Source: Acidimicrobiia bacterium
GTDB taxonomy: Bacteria; Actinomycetota; Acidimicrobiia; Spongiisociales; ZC4RG35
DNA: 64,000 bases
Direction of reading: 5' to 3'
Assembly (NCBI GenBank): GCA_035250485.1
Contig: DATFFB010000041.1
Coordinates: forward strand, 3,047-67,046
The stretch's first letter is position 1; each line of letters opens with the position of its first letter. The notes below the pieces were generated by a model that was given only the letters and a program-made list of their open reading frames with translations, did no database searches and was not told the origin of the DNA. A program made the translations under genes and the position numbers. Shown piece after piece: positions 35,115-43,718 of the stretch.

Positions 35115-37066
35115 TCGCTCCAGACGACAGAGGCCACGTCAACCGGGGTCTCCACTCCCTTCAACGACGCCTGGCGTCCCTCACGACTAGCTACCCCCGC
35201 GGGCAGGGATGCGGTAGTGGCCACGATCTCACCTCCGTTGGCTAATGCCGCCACCCGGGCCGCGATGTGCACGCCTTGGCCGCTGTAATTGTCGTTGTGG
35301 CGCGTGGCCTCGGCAGAGTGGAGGCCGATTCGGACCGATAGCGCGAATCCGGCCATCTGGCGGTGCTCGGCCAACGCCCGTTGGATGGCGACGGCACTGT
35401 CGACGGCGTCGGTCGCCGAATCGAAGGCGACGAAGAAGCCATCCCCCGTATGGCTCACCACCTCGCCGCGGTGACGCTGAATGAGGCGCTGGAGGGTCTC
35501 ATCGTGCCAGGCGAGCAGCTGCTCCCACTCCTGGCTGCGCAAAAGACCTGCCAGGTTGGTCGAGTTCTCGATATCGGTGAACATGAACGTCTTGCGAACT
35601 TCCTCCGCTTCTCCGCGCCGGGATGCGGCCGAAGAAATCAGGCGTTCGGTGGCGGCAAGATCCTGGCGGGCGCCGAGGTCGGCGAAAGTTTTACGCGCGG
35701 CCTCCAATTCGAGGTCCGCTCCGTCATGGTCGCCGACGGATCTAAGAGCGGTCGCCACCAGGACCTGGTCAACGGCCACCTCGTAGGGGGCCTTGACCTC
35801 CCTCCACCCCTTGATCGCCACACGCAGCCTCCGGATGGCTTCGGTGGCATTCCCCTCGGCCAGCAGCACCCTTCCCCAGGCCTCTTCGGCAGCTGCCGAA
35901 AGGGCCAGAGAGTCGCGGGTAGCCACCAGCTCGCTGAATTCCTCGGCCGCCTTGCGGGCTCCGCTCAAATCACCGGCGGCAGCGAGGATCTCAACCTGGG
36001 CGGGCAGCAGGCGTGACCTCGCAAGCCTATCCCAGCTTTCATCGGCCAGGGCGCCGTTGATCGTTTGCGCGGCGGCTTTCGCCTTCCCTTGAGCGAGCCT
36101 GATCAGCGCCAGGGCCGGGTAGGGGCTGTGCCCGAGATCGTGCGCCTGTTGCAGGGCTGTCTCGGCGCCCGCTAGATCCCCGCGCCGGCGCCTGATCTCT
36201 CCCAGGGCGTAATAACCATCGGCCATCGGCGGCACCGCGTCGTAGGCCTTGAGCTCCTCGGTTGCTTTCTCCAGTTCTGCCTCGGCCTTTTCCCAGGCTC
36301 CATGGAGGGCGACGAGCTCGGCCCGATGGATCCGGCAGATGCCCGGAAATCCCGGGACCGACTGGCTCTCACACCAACGCTCGGTCTCAGCGGTCCACTC
36401 GCTGGCCCTCTGGTAGTCGGTGAGATCGCGGCAGGCCGAGATGATCACGCAATAGGTGACGCCGGCGTTGAAGGGAGTCAGCTCGCCGCTCACCGCGGCC
36501 GCGGCCGCTTCCTCCAAATTGGCAAACCCCTCGGCGGTGGCGCCCTGGGCAATGCGGATGCGGCCCAATAAGGTCAGCGCCTCGGCTCGCAGGTCGGCAT
36601 TACCGACCTTCGAGGCAATGGCTACTGCCCGCTCGGCTTGCTGCATCGCCGCCTCGGGCTGCCCCCGGGCGTGGGCCAGGTGTCCAAGGACGAGTTGCAG
36701 ATAACCGTGGGCGTATCCCTCCGGCTCATCGACAAGTAGTTGCTGTCCCTTGCGAAGCCAGGCGCCGGCGATCGAATTCTTGTTTCGGAGGCCGAACTGG
36801 GTAGCAAGCTCGAATGCCAAATACGCCGCCCGCACCTTGTCTCCTGCGCCGAATTGGGCATGGAAGGCCTTTTCGGTGAGAGCGAGCGACTCGACGCCCC
36901 GGCCCGAGAACCAAGCGACCCCGGCCAAGGTCTCGAGGTCTGCCGGACTCAGACCGCTACTGGCGTCGACCTGGGTGAAGAGGTCGTATGCCTGACCCCA
37001 GTCGCGGCGCCCCAGCGCAGCCCGGGCATCGGCGAGAATATCGGGGGTGGCTGTGTCAGTGGTCAT
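35111..37066 (-). CDS. class III adenylate/guanylate cyclase with a long N-terminal TPR-like domain
   Basis: 651 aa. The C-terminal cyclase core is FMFTDIENSTNL...GDGFFVAFDSA...VRIGLHSAEA...GQGVHIAARV. The N-terminal ~450 aa is helical-repeat. Confidence 0.85.
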   Translation of the reverse strand: MTTDTATPDILADARAALGRRDWGQAYDLFTQVDASSGLSPADLETLAGVAWFSGRGVESLALTEKAFHAQFGAGDKVRAAYLAFELATQFGLRNKNSIAGAWLRKGQQLLVDEPEGYAHGYLQLVLGHLAHARGQPEAAMQQAERAVAIASKVGNADLRAEALTLLGRIRIAQGATAEGFANLEEAAAAAVSGELTPFNAGVTYCVIISACRDLTDYQRASEWTAETERWCESQSVPGFPGICRIHRAELVALHGAWEKAEAELEKATEELKAYDAVPPMADGYYALGEIRRRRGDLAGAETALQQAHDLGHSPYPALALIRLAQGKAKAAAQTINGALADESWDRLARSRLLPAQVEILAAAGDLSGARKAAEEFSELVATRDSLALSAAAEEAWGRVLLAEGNATEAIRRLRVAIKGWREVKAPYEVAVDQVLVATALRSVGDHDGADLELEAARKTFADLGARQDLAATERLISSAASRRGEAEEVRKTFMFTDIENSTNLAGLLRSQEWEQLLAWHDETLQRLIQRHRGEVVSHTGDGFFVAFDSATDAVDSAVAIQRALAEHRQMAGFALSVRIGLHSAEATRHNDNYSGQGVHIAARVAALANGGEIVATTASLPAGVASREGRQASLKGVETPVDVASVVWSD

Positions 37067-37175
37067 GATCGGCCCGTCACGGCCAATCAGTTTGCCACCC
37101 GTCTCAGCGTCTGTGGGCTGGTAAGGCCTAGCCGCCGGAGGTCGCGGTTAACAGCGAGGGGGGTGGTAGCGTCCA

Positions 37176-37487
37176 TTGATGACTTCGGGCCTGCGACCGG
37201 TCGAGCGGCGGATGTTGGCGCTCCGTGATGACGGCGTCGAGGTAGATGAGATTGCCCGCCGATTCCGTCGCAGCCCCCAGCACGTCGAGCGAGTCCTGTC
37301 GTGGACCGAAATCCCCCGGGAAATAGCGCTCGATCGGCCGGATGGACTCCGACCGATCGAGCGACGAGTGCTGGCGATGCGTGACGAGGGGCTTAGCTAC
37401 GACGAAATCGGAAGGCGCTTCAACCGCGGCCCCGACCACATTCGCCGGGTCGAGAGGTACGCCGGTTTCCGCACCGAATTCGCCTAG
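37176..37487 (+). CDS. small protein made of two tandem HTH (sigma region 4/LuxR-like) repeats
   Basis: 103 aa. GLRPVERRMLALRDDGVEVDEIARRFRRSPQHVERVLSW is duplicated as GLRPIERRVLAMRDEGLSYDEIGRRFNRGPDHIRRVERYA. Confidence 0.6.
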   Translation: MMTSGLRPVERRMLALRDDGVEVDEIARRFRRSPQHVERVLSWTEIPREIALDRPDGLRPIERRVLAMRDEGLSYDEIGRRFNRGPDHIRRVERYAGFRTEFA

Positions 37488-37639
37488 TTAGATCCGCCCC
37501 GCCAACCGCTAGTGGCGAGGTCGACGCGTCGCGACTGGCGCCAGTCGGCTCCGTCTCGGCTGTCGACTCCTGCGAAAGCGGCTGCAAATCCGAGCAGAAC
37601 GATCAATGAGAGTACGACTAAAAGTTCCATAACAGCCAT
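37484..37639 (-). CDS. possible small hydrophobic protein (51 aa), below the ORF-track cutoff
   Basis: My own translation is MAVMELLVVLSLIVLLGFAAAFAGVDSRDGADWRQSRRVDLATSGWRGGSN. It resembles small actinobacterial membrane peptides (hydrophobic helix followed by GVDSRDG). No homology check was possible. Confidence 0.35.
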   Translation of the reverse strand: MAVMELLVVLSLIVLLGFAAAFAGVDSRDGADWRQSRRVDLATSGWRGGSN

Positions 37640-37708
37640 TCTGAGGCATGGAACGTTTTACGTCCAGCGAATAATCCTTAACCGATTGTGTAGCTATACT
37701 TCACGATC

Positions 37709-38614
37709 ATGCTCGATCTAAAACGTCTCCGCTTTCTCCGCGAGGTGGCCGAAAGAGGCACGATTTCTGCGGCCGCCGACGCTCTCGCCTACACCCCTTC
37801 GGCGGTCTCCCAGCAGATCGCCATCCTCGAAGAGGAGCTTCAAACCCCGCTCCTCGAGCGCCAGGGCCGCAACGTCGTGCTCACCCCCGCCGGAAAGGTT
37901 CTCGTCGATCACTCCCATGCCGTCTTCGACGCGGTCGAGCGCGCCACCACCGCGGTGTCGGAGGCCTCCGGAGAGGTTGCTGGTCGGGTCGTGGTGGGGG
38001 CTCTGCAAAGCGTGATGGCCACGCTCCTCCCCGAAACGATCAGGACGATGTCGATTGATCACCCAAGAGTGGACCTGCATATGACCGAACTCGGTCATGT
38101 CGATGCCACTCGCGAGCTTCGTCTCGGCGCCCTCGACGTGGCGGTGGATCAGGCCTATACCCACGTGACCAATCGAGCACATCGTGGTCTTACCAAGCAC
38201 AAGGTGCTCGAAGAACCGCTGTATCTGGTGGTTCCCAAGGACTCCGGGGTGAAGAAACTGGCCGACGCCGCCGAGTGGCCCTGGGTGGCGGCATCGCTCG
38301 AGTCTTGTGACTGCGGCCGGGCCGTTCGTCACATCAGCCGGGCCGCCGGGTTCGAACCCGACGTCCGCTTCGAGACCGACGACTACGGGGTCACTCTCGA
38401 GCTTCTCAACTCGATCAATGCGGTTTCGATCCTCCCGGCGCTGACGCTGACCAGGATGCCGTCGACCCTCCGCCGCATCCCGATTGCTGGAGTGAGAAGG
38501 AGGATCCTGGCCCTTACCCGACCGGCGGGCGATCATCGCCCGGCCGTCGGCGCCTTCATCGAACATTTGCAACGAGCGGCGACCGATCTACTCCCCATCG
38601 TCACCGCTGCCTGA
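37709..38614 (+). CDS. LysR family transcriptional regulator
   Basis: 301 aa with N-terminal LysR HTH (LRFLREVAERGTISAAADALAYTPSAVSQQI). Confidence 0.9.
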   Translation: MLDLKRLRFLREVAERGTISAAADALAYTPSAVSQQIAILEEELQTPLLERQGRNVVLTPAGKVLVDHSHAVFDAVERATTAVSEASGEVAGRVVVGALQSVMATLLPETIRTMSIDHPRVDLHMTELGHVDATRELRLGALDVAVDQAYTHVTNRAHRGLTKHKVLEEPLYLVVPKDSGVKKLADAAEWPWVAASLESCDCGRAVRHISRAAGFEPDVRFETDDYGVTLELLNSINAVSILPALTLTRMPSTLRRIPIAGVRRRILALTRPAGDHRPAVGAFIEHLQRAATDLLPIVTAA

Positions 38615-38623
38615 GCCAGCTCC

Positions 38624-39139
38624 GTGAACGGATTGTCCATCAGGCCGATGGAGCCGGAAGACTGGCCAGAGGTGGAGCAGATCTACCGGGCGGGAATCGG
38701 GACCGGCCTCGCCACTTTCGAAACTGCTCCGCCGACCTGGGAGGCCTGGGACGCGGTCAACCTTCCCGACCTCCGGCTGGTGGCGGTCGCAGATCGCCTG
38801 CTGGGATGGATCGCGGCGAAACGAGTTTCAAGCCGCCATTGCTATCGAGGAGTGATCGAGCACAGCGTCTATGTCGGTCCTGCTCACGCCGGCCGCGGGG
38901 TCGGACGTCGTCTTCTCGCGGCACTCATCGAGAAGAGCGAGAAGCTCGGATATTGGACGGTGCAGACCGCGATCTTCCCCGAGAACGAGGCCAGCATCGC
39001 CCTCCATCGGAAGGCGGGTTTCCGGGTGGTCGGTACTCAAGAGCTGGTCGGGGAGTCGAACGGGGTCTGGCGCGACGTGGTCGTCATGGAACGCCGGAGC
39101 CAGCGCGTCGGCAGATCCCAATTGTCTAAACCAGGCTGA
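38624..39139 (+). CDS. GNAT acetyltransferase (phosphinothricin N-acetyltransferase-like)
   Basis: 171 aa. IRPMEPEDWPEVEQIY...GRGVGRRLLAALI is typical of the PAT-like subfamily. Confidence 0.75.
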   Translation: MNGLSIRPMEPEDWPEVEQIYRAGIGTGLATFETAPPTWEAWDAVNLPDLRLVAVADRLLGWIAAKRVSSRHCYRGVIEHSVYVGPAHAGRGVGRRLLAALIEKSEKLGYWTVQTAIFPENEASIALHRKAGFRVVGTQELVGESNGVWRDVVVMERRSQRVGRSQLSKPG

Positions 39140-40274
39140 ACGTAGACCGGCTCGTCAGTAGCTCGCACTCGTCTTCGGCCACCTCACCGATCTTTCGGAG
39201 CAATTGTGAAGCTTCGGCGCCGTCCCACTCGAAGTTGGCCAACGGCACCGTCGCCTCCAGCAAGGAGTTAGCAAATCGGTTTCTTACCTCTCGGTACCTC
39301 GACTTCGCCTCGACTTCGAGCGATGGATCCCGCAATGAAGTCGACACCGCCTCCGCACACAGTTCGGCATCGCGGAGGGCATCGGTGATTCCGTGGGCGG
39401 CGATCGGGTCTTCGGTGAACCCCGCGTCTCCAACCAAGCTCCACCCATCACCCCCAGGGTCGCGTAGCAGGTTCGGAATCCCTTTGGCACGGTAGAAGCG
39501 TTCCGTCCGGGTGGCGCTACCCACAGCCTCCGCGAGGTCGGGAGCGACCCGTCGCAAGGTGGTGATGAGATACTCCTCGGAATCAACCGGTGCCTCCGAA
39601 AGCGGGCCACCGACGAACAGCAGACTCAGACCGTCATTGGTAGGGATTAGGCCAACGTTGCGGTGGTTGAGAAAGCGGAAGTCGTACCCCGAAGTCGGGA
39701 TCCCCTGAAAATAGGAATAGACGACGGCGTTGGTCGCCTTCGAGAAGTAGAGGGTGGGCGCTTCCACCTCCCGGGCGATCCGCGAGTTGGTGCCATCAGC
39801 ACCCACTACCTGCCGTGCGGAAATCGATGCGTCACCTTCCGCTGTCCGGACCGATACCCCGGCCACCCTCCCGCCTTCGGCACGGAGAACAGACGTGACC
39901 GAGAGGCCGGAAATGAAGGTGACGCCCGCTTCCATCGCTACATCGAGAAGGGCGGCATCGAGCACGGTCCGCCTCGGGGCGTAATAGGCATCGACGCCCC
40001 ACTCGTCGGCAACCGGGAAGCTGATCTGTTCGGAGCCAAACACCAGGCCAACCTGGCGAATCTCTGGAGTCCCCGCCTCCACCACCCGGTCGAGCACGTT
40101 GGCTCGCCGCAGGGAAAGCACTCCTGAGCGCATCAGCGCATGGGTGGAGATGGTGTCAGCCGGTGGTCCCACCCGGTCGACGATCAGAACGTCGTGGCCG
40201 GCGCGAGCGAGGTGAAGGGCGGTGGCGGCGCCCGCTACGCGAGCGCCCACCACCACCACGTCAAACGCTTTCAT
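39126..40274 (-). CDS. FAD-dependent monooxygenase/oxidoreductase
   Basis: 382 aa from MKAFDVVVVGARVAGAATALHLARAGHDVLIVDR (Rossmann GxGxxG). ATGA overlap with the upstream OsmC gene. The longer track ORF is an extension. Confidence 0.8.
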   Translation of the reverse strand: MKAFDVVVVGARVAGAATALHLARAGHDVLIVDRVGPPADTISTHALMRSGVLSLRRANVLDRVVEAGTPEIRQVGLVFGSEQISFPVADEWGVDAYYAPRRTVLDAALLDVAMEAGVTFISGLSVTSVLRAEGGRVAGVSVRTAEGDASISARQVVGADGTNSRIAREVEAPTLYFSKATNAVVYSYFQGIPTSGYDFRFLNHRNVGLIPTNDGLSLLFVGGPLSEAPVDSEEYLITTLRRVAPDLAEAVGSATRTERFYRAKGIPNLLRDPGGDGWSLVGDAGFTEDPIAAHGITDALRDAELCAEAVSTSLRDPSLEVEAKSRYREVRNRFANSLLEATVPLANFEWDGAEASQLLRKIGEVAEDECELLTSRSTFSLV

Positions 40275-40825
40275 TCGATCGTCACGGCCACCGAGGTGCC
40301 GTTGGTCAGCATGTCGTAGACGGCCGAGCGGGCTATCGAGCGCTCGACAACCTTGCGGAGGTCGTCGGCTCCGGCATCGCCTTCGATGCGGACCTTCATC
40401 TCGATCTTCTCGTAGCCGTTGCGCACCGTCGGATCCAGCCCCAAGAGTCCCATCAGGTCGATGTCTCCTGTCACCGTCGAAGAGACCGAAGTCAGGTTCA
40501 CGCCGCGGGCGGCGGCGATGTTGCCGATCCCGGCAGTGATGCATGCCGCCAGGGCGTGCAACAGGAACTCGACCGGCGTCGGCGCCAGGTCGCGACCCGT
40601 CAACTGGGTGGGATGGTCGGCCTCGAAGGTGTAGGGCTTTTGGTGGGCGAGCTCGGTGCCGAGCCCGAAGAAGTCCCGGATCGTGCTCTCGGAGTGCGTT
40701 CCGCTCTCCCAGCGGTTGGTAGCCCGAAACTGCCACTTGGCGGCTGGCGGGGCGGCTTTGACGGCGTCGAGGGCACCAAAAAGGGCCTGGGTGTCGACTC
40801 CGTTGCGGACTGTGGTTGTGGTCAT
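40271..40825 (-). CDS. OsmC family protein
   Basis: OsmC-like core (PTPVEFLLHALAACITAG). The ATG at 40825 is preceded by GGAAGGAAG. The GTG at 40894, behind an AAGGAGG, is an alternative start. Confidence 0.75.
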   Translation of the reverse strand: MTTTTVRNGVDTQALFGALDAVKAAPPAAKWQFRATNRWESGTHSESTIRDFFGLGTELAHQKPYTFEADHPTQLTGRDLAPTPVEFLLHALAACITAGIGNIAAARGVNLTSVSSTVTGDIDLMGLLGLDPTVRNGYEKIEMKVRIEGDAGADDLRKVVERSIARSAVYDMLTNGTSVAVTIE

Positions 40826-40906
40826 CTTCTTCCTTCCTCTTGTCGGTCGGGCGATCGACCGATTACTTGGACAAAAAAACGCAATTCCATTCACATAAAT
40901 GCCTCC

Positions 40907-43027
40907 TTAGATGAGTTCGGAAATGAGACGAGCAGCGCGGGCGGCGCCGTCGGTCTCGATCGGCAGGTAGTCGAGCGGTCGGGTCAGCTCAGCGGACATG
41001 GCAGCGGCGATGTCTTCGGGGTCGCTCTGGTCGTAATCCATGAAGCGACCGGCGCGATGGCGCTCGAGTCGATAGCGAACGTGATAGTTCTGCTCGAAGT
41101 GGTTGCGGAGCGGGAAATAGAGAAACGGTCTTCGCGCGGAGGCGAGCTCCATCGTGGTGGTTAGTCCTCCCTGGACCACCGCCAGGTCGCAGACCGAGAG
41201 GTGCCGGTGGAGTCGATCGACATAGCCCACCACCTCTACCCCTTCGGGAACAGTCAGGGCTTCGGGCATGATGCGAGGACCCGCGACCACCACCATCCGC
41301 AGGTCGGGAATCTCTTTGGCGGCGTACGGATAGGCCTCGATCACCTTCTGCAGAAGAGCCTTGCCGACGCCGGAACCGCCGACGGTGACGAGGCAAATCT
41401 TCTCGTCCTCTCGGTAGCCGAGGTTCTGGCGCATCTCGGCCACTTCCTCCGAAGTTGGAGGAGTGAATCCGGTGATGTAGCCAGAGAAGGCGAAATGGTC
41501 CATCGTCCATTGCCGAATGTCGGGAAGCCCGGGTCCGAACGACTCCGGAATCACATCCTCGGGGTTGCCGACGAACACCGATCGATCTCGAATGCGGGGG
41601 AAGCGGGCGATGTGCTCGATCATCTCAGCGTTGTAGTCGGCGGTGAGATAAGCCTCGCGGTCGCCTCCTTCGGGCATCGGCAGAAAGCCGACAAAGTCGG
41701 TCATCCAGACGTGGGCACCGCGTTTGAGCTCGGGGTTCTCATGCCAGAAGTGGTCGATGTCCCAGGCCTCGTCGGCAACGACAACGTCGTAGTGCCCGTC
41801 CTCCACCACTTCCTGGAAGATCATGAAGTTGGCTACAAGGATCTCGTCCATTCGCCGCAATGCCTGGAAGGCGTTGAGATCATGACCGGCGGCTTCTGAG
41901 GCCCAGTGGGCGCTCTCGCTCGCCAGATATTGACTGGCGGGATGGATCCGATGACCTTCGGCCTCGAGAACTTCCGTGACCGGGGATTGCGCCAGCCAAT
42001 CGATCTCCAGATCGGGGTTGAGCTTCGAGAGCTCGGAGGCGATGGCCACATCGCGGCGAGCGTGGCCCAGACCGATCGGTGACGAAACGTAAAGGGCTTT
42101 GCGGGGCCGGTTGCGTCCCCGAGTCCAGGTCTGGCCTTGCATCGGAGTGTCTCCGATCGAATCGACAAAGGATTTGATGTGCCGGTTGACGAGAACTGGT
42201 TCACGACCCGGCGCTAGATGCCCCACGCCCTCCATGAGGAGAAACTGTCCACCCGTCACTTCCGCCACCCGTTGGCCACGTGTTGGCATTTGGCACCGGT
42301 CCTCGGAGCCATGAAGAACCAATACCGGGCACCGCACCGACCGGCAGAGTTCCTCCGACTTCTCAGTTGATGCCTCGGGCGCCTCCTCCTCGTCGCCCTG
42401 GATCATCGATTCCGGGTCCGTCTCGAGCGCCCACTCCACCATGTCTTCGACCGGCTTGGTCGAATGCGGTTCGACCCCCAGGGTGGTGAACCAGAAGCGG
42501 ATCCAATTCTCGTATCCGCCCCTTCTCCAATAAGCCGGGTTGCACATCAGCCAGCCTTCGGGGTCCTCTGGTTCCTCATCCCAGTGCCTTGCCACCTCGA
42601 TCCAATTGGGATTGGGATCGCCCAGTCCGGGAATCCCGGGCGCTATGGCAACGATCCCCGAGATCAGGTCGGGATTGGCGGCCGCCGCCATGAAGGCCCA
42701 GTAGTTGGCATGGCAGTGAGCTACCAGCACCGACCGGGTCGCGTTCGCTTCATTGAGGACGGCGACGATGTCGGCGGCGATCTCGCTCGGTAGATAGGCG
42801 CCGTCCTTGCGAGGTCGGTCGGAAAGGCCATTGCCTCTCCCGTCCATCGTGATCACCCGGAAATGCCTGCTGAGGTGGTGCACTTGACCTTTCCAAGAGC
42901 GCGAATGGGTGATGGGCGAGGGCGGTACAAGAAGGATCGTCCGCTCACCCTCGCCGTGGACCTCGTAGGCGGTGCGAACTCCATCCCGCTCAACGAAGCC
43001 CGCATAGTCCGGTAGGCGCGCTCTCAT
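40907..43027 (-). CDS. fusion protein: N-terminal alpha/beta hydrolase + C-terminal GT-B glycosyltransferase (MGT/GT28-like)
   Basis: 706 aa. The first ~290 aa is alpha/beta-hydrolase-like (VAHCHANYW nucleophile region). The remainder is GT-B-like (YVSSPIGLGHARRD...VGGSGVG...VVQGGLTTTMEL). Confidence 0.65.
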   Translation of the reverse strand: MRARLPDYAGFVERDGVRTAYEVHGEGERTILLVPPSPITHSRSWKGQVHHLSRHFRVITMDGRGNGLSDRPRKDGAYLPSEIAADIVAVLNEANATRSVLVAHCHANYWAFMAAAANPDLISGIVAIAPGIPGLGDPNPNWIEVARHWDEEPEDPEGWLMCNPAYWRRGGYENWIRFWFTTLGVEPHSTKPVEDMVEWALETDPESMIQGDEEEAPEASTEKSEELCRSVRCPVLVLHGSEDRCQMPTRGQRVAEVTGGQFLLMEGVGHLAPGREPVLVNRHIKSFVDSIGDTPMQGQTWTRGRNRPRKALYVSSPIGLGHARRDVAIASELSKLNPDLEIDWLAQSPVTEVLEAEGHRIHPASQYLASESAHWASEAAGHDLNAFQALRRMDEILVANFMIFQEVVEDGHYDVVVADEAWDIDHFWHENPELKRGAHVWMTDFVGFLPMPEGGDREAYLTADYNAEMIEHIARFPRIRDRSVFVGNPEDVIPESFGPGLPDIRQWTMDHFAFSGYITGFTPPTSEEVAEMRQNLGYREDEKICLVTVGGSGVGKALLQKVIEAYPYAAKEIPDLRMVVVAGPRIMPEALTVPEGVEVVGYVDRLHRHLSVCDLAVVQGGLTTTMELASARRPFLYFPLRNHFEQNYHVRYRLERHRAGRFMDYDQSDPEDIAAAMSAELTRPLDYLPIETDGAARAARLISELI

Positions 43028-43608
43028 CCCTCGTCCTCCATTCGACGGATGACGGCGCCCACCGATCGCAGGGCATTTCTAGTGGGCCGGTCCTCGAAGC
43101 CGAGGAGGATCATCGCCTCGGCGCCGAGGAAGGCAGCGCCCACCAACGATGCGACATCGGTGGGCTTCAGCATTCCCACGTCGCCCAGGCGACCCAACGC
43201 CGAGGCGGCTACGTCTCGCAGCAGGTCAAACCAGCCTTTGAGATAAGACCGCACGGCATCTGCAATCTCGGGATCCGACCAGCCGGCCGCCATCATTTCT
43301 TGGAGGACCCTGACATAGCCCGAGTCGAGGTCGTGATCGAGGAAGTCACACGCCTGCTCCCATTGCTGCCAAAGCGGGGTGCCGGTGCCGTACATTTCGG
43401 CCTGGCGTTCGAGCAGCCGCCGGTTCTCCTCCTCGAGGACTGCGAGGACCAGCTTCTTCTTCGAGCCGAAGTGATAGTGGATCTGGGAGAGGGGCACCTC
43501 AGCCATCTCGGCGATCCCGCGAGTTGACAGTTGGGCGTAGCCGGTCTCGATCAGGGCCGCCTTGGCGGCAGCGAGTACTCCGGCTTTGGTGGTGTTGACG
43601 GCGGTCAT
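43024..43608 (-). CDS. TetR family transcriptional regulator
   Basis: 194 aa with TetR HTH (YAQLSTRGIAEMAEVPLSQIHYHFGSKKKL). Overlaps the downstream gene (ATGA). Confidence 0.9.
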   Translation of the reverse strand: MTAVNTTKAGVLAAAKAALIETGYAQLSTRGIAEMAEVPLSQIHYHFGSKKKLVLAVLEEENRRLLERQAEMYGTGTPLWQQWEQACDFLDHDLDSGYVRVLQEMMAAGWSDPEIADAVRSYLKGWFDLLRDVAASALGRLGDVGMLKPTDVASLVGAAFLGAEAMILLGFEDRPTRNALRSVGAVIRRMEDEG

Positions 43609-43630
43609 GCCCCACTTTCTTTGCTGTCGT

Positions 43631-43646
43631 TCGGTCGCTCGACCGA
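43631..43646. promoter_or_regulatory. 16-bp palindrome TCGGTCG-ct-CGACCGA just upstream of tetR (candidate operator)
   Basis: Read directly; lies 23-38 nt upstream of the TetR start codon. Confidence 0.4.
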
Positions 43647-43718
43647 GAGCGTAGAGATCGGGCCGAGGCTTGTCAAGAGGTCGACCGCGAACGGTTGCGA
43701 GCTTCCCAAAATGGCCGG

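Noticed and set aside
40275-40736. 5' extension of the FAD-monooxygenase ORF (39126..40736)
   Set aside because: It overlaps the OsmC gene out of frame. The Rossmann GxGxxG motif directly follows the internal ATG at 40274, which is ATGA-coupled to OsmC.
40895-40909. Same-frame junction between the hydrolase-GT gene and the long form of the OsmC ORF
   Set aside because: The stop is TAA, not TGA, so it cannot be Sec. The intervening AT-rich sequence looks like an RBS/spacer.
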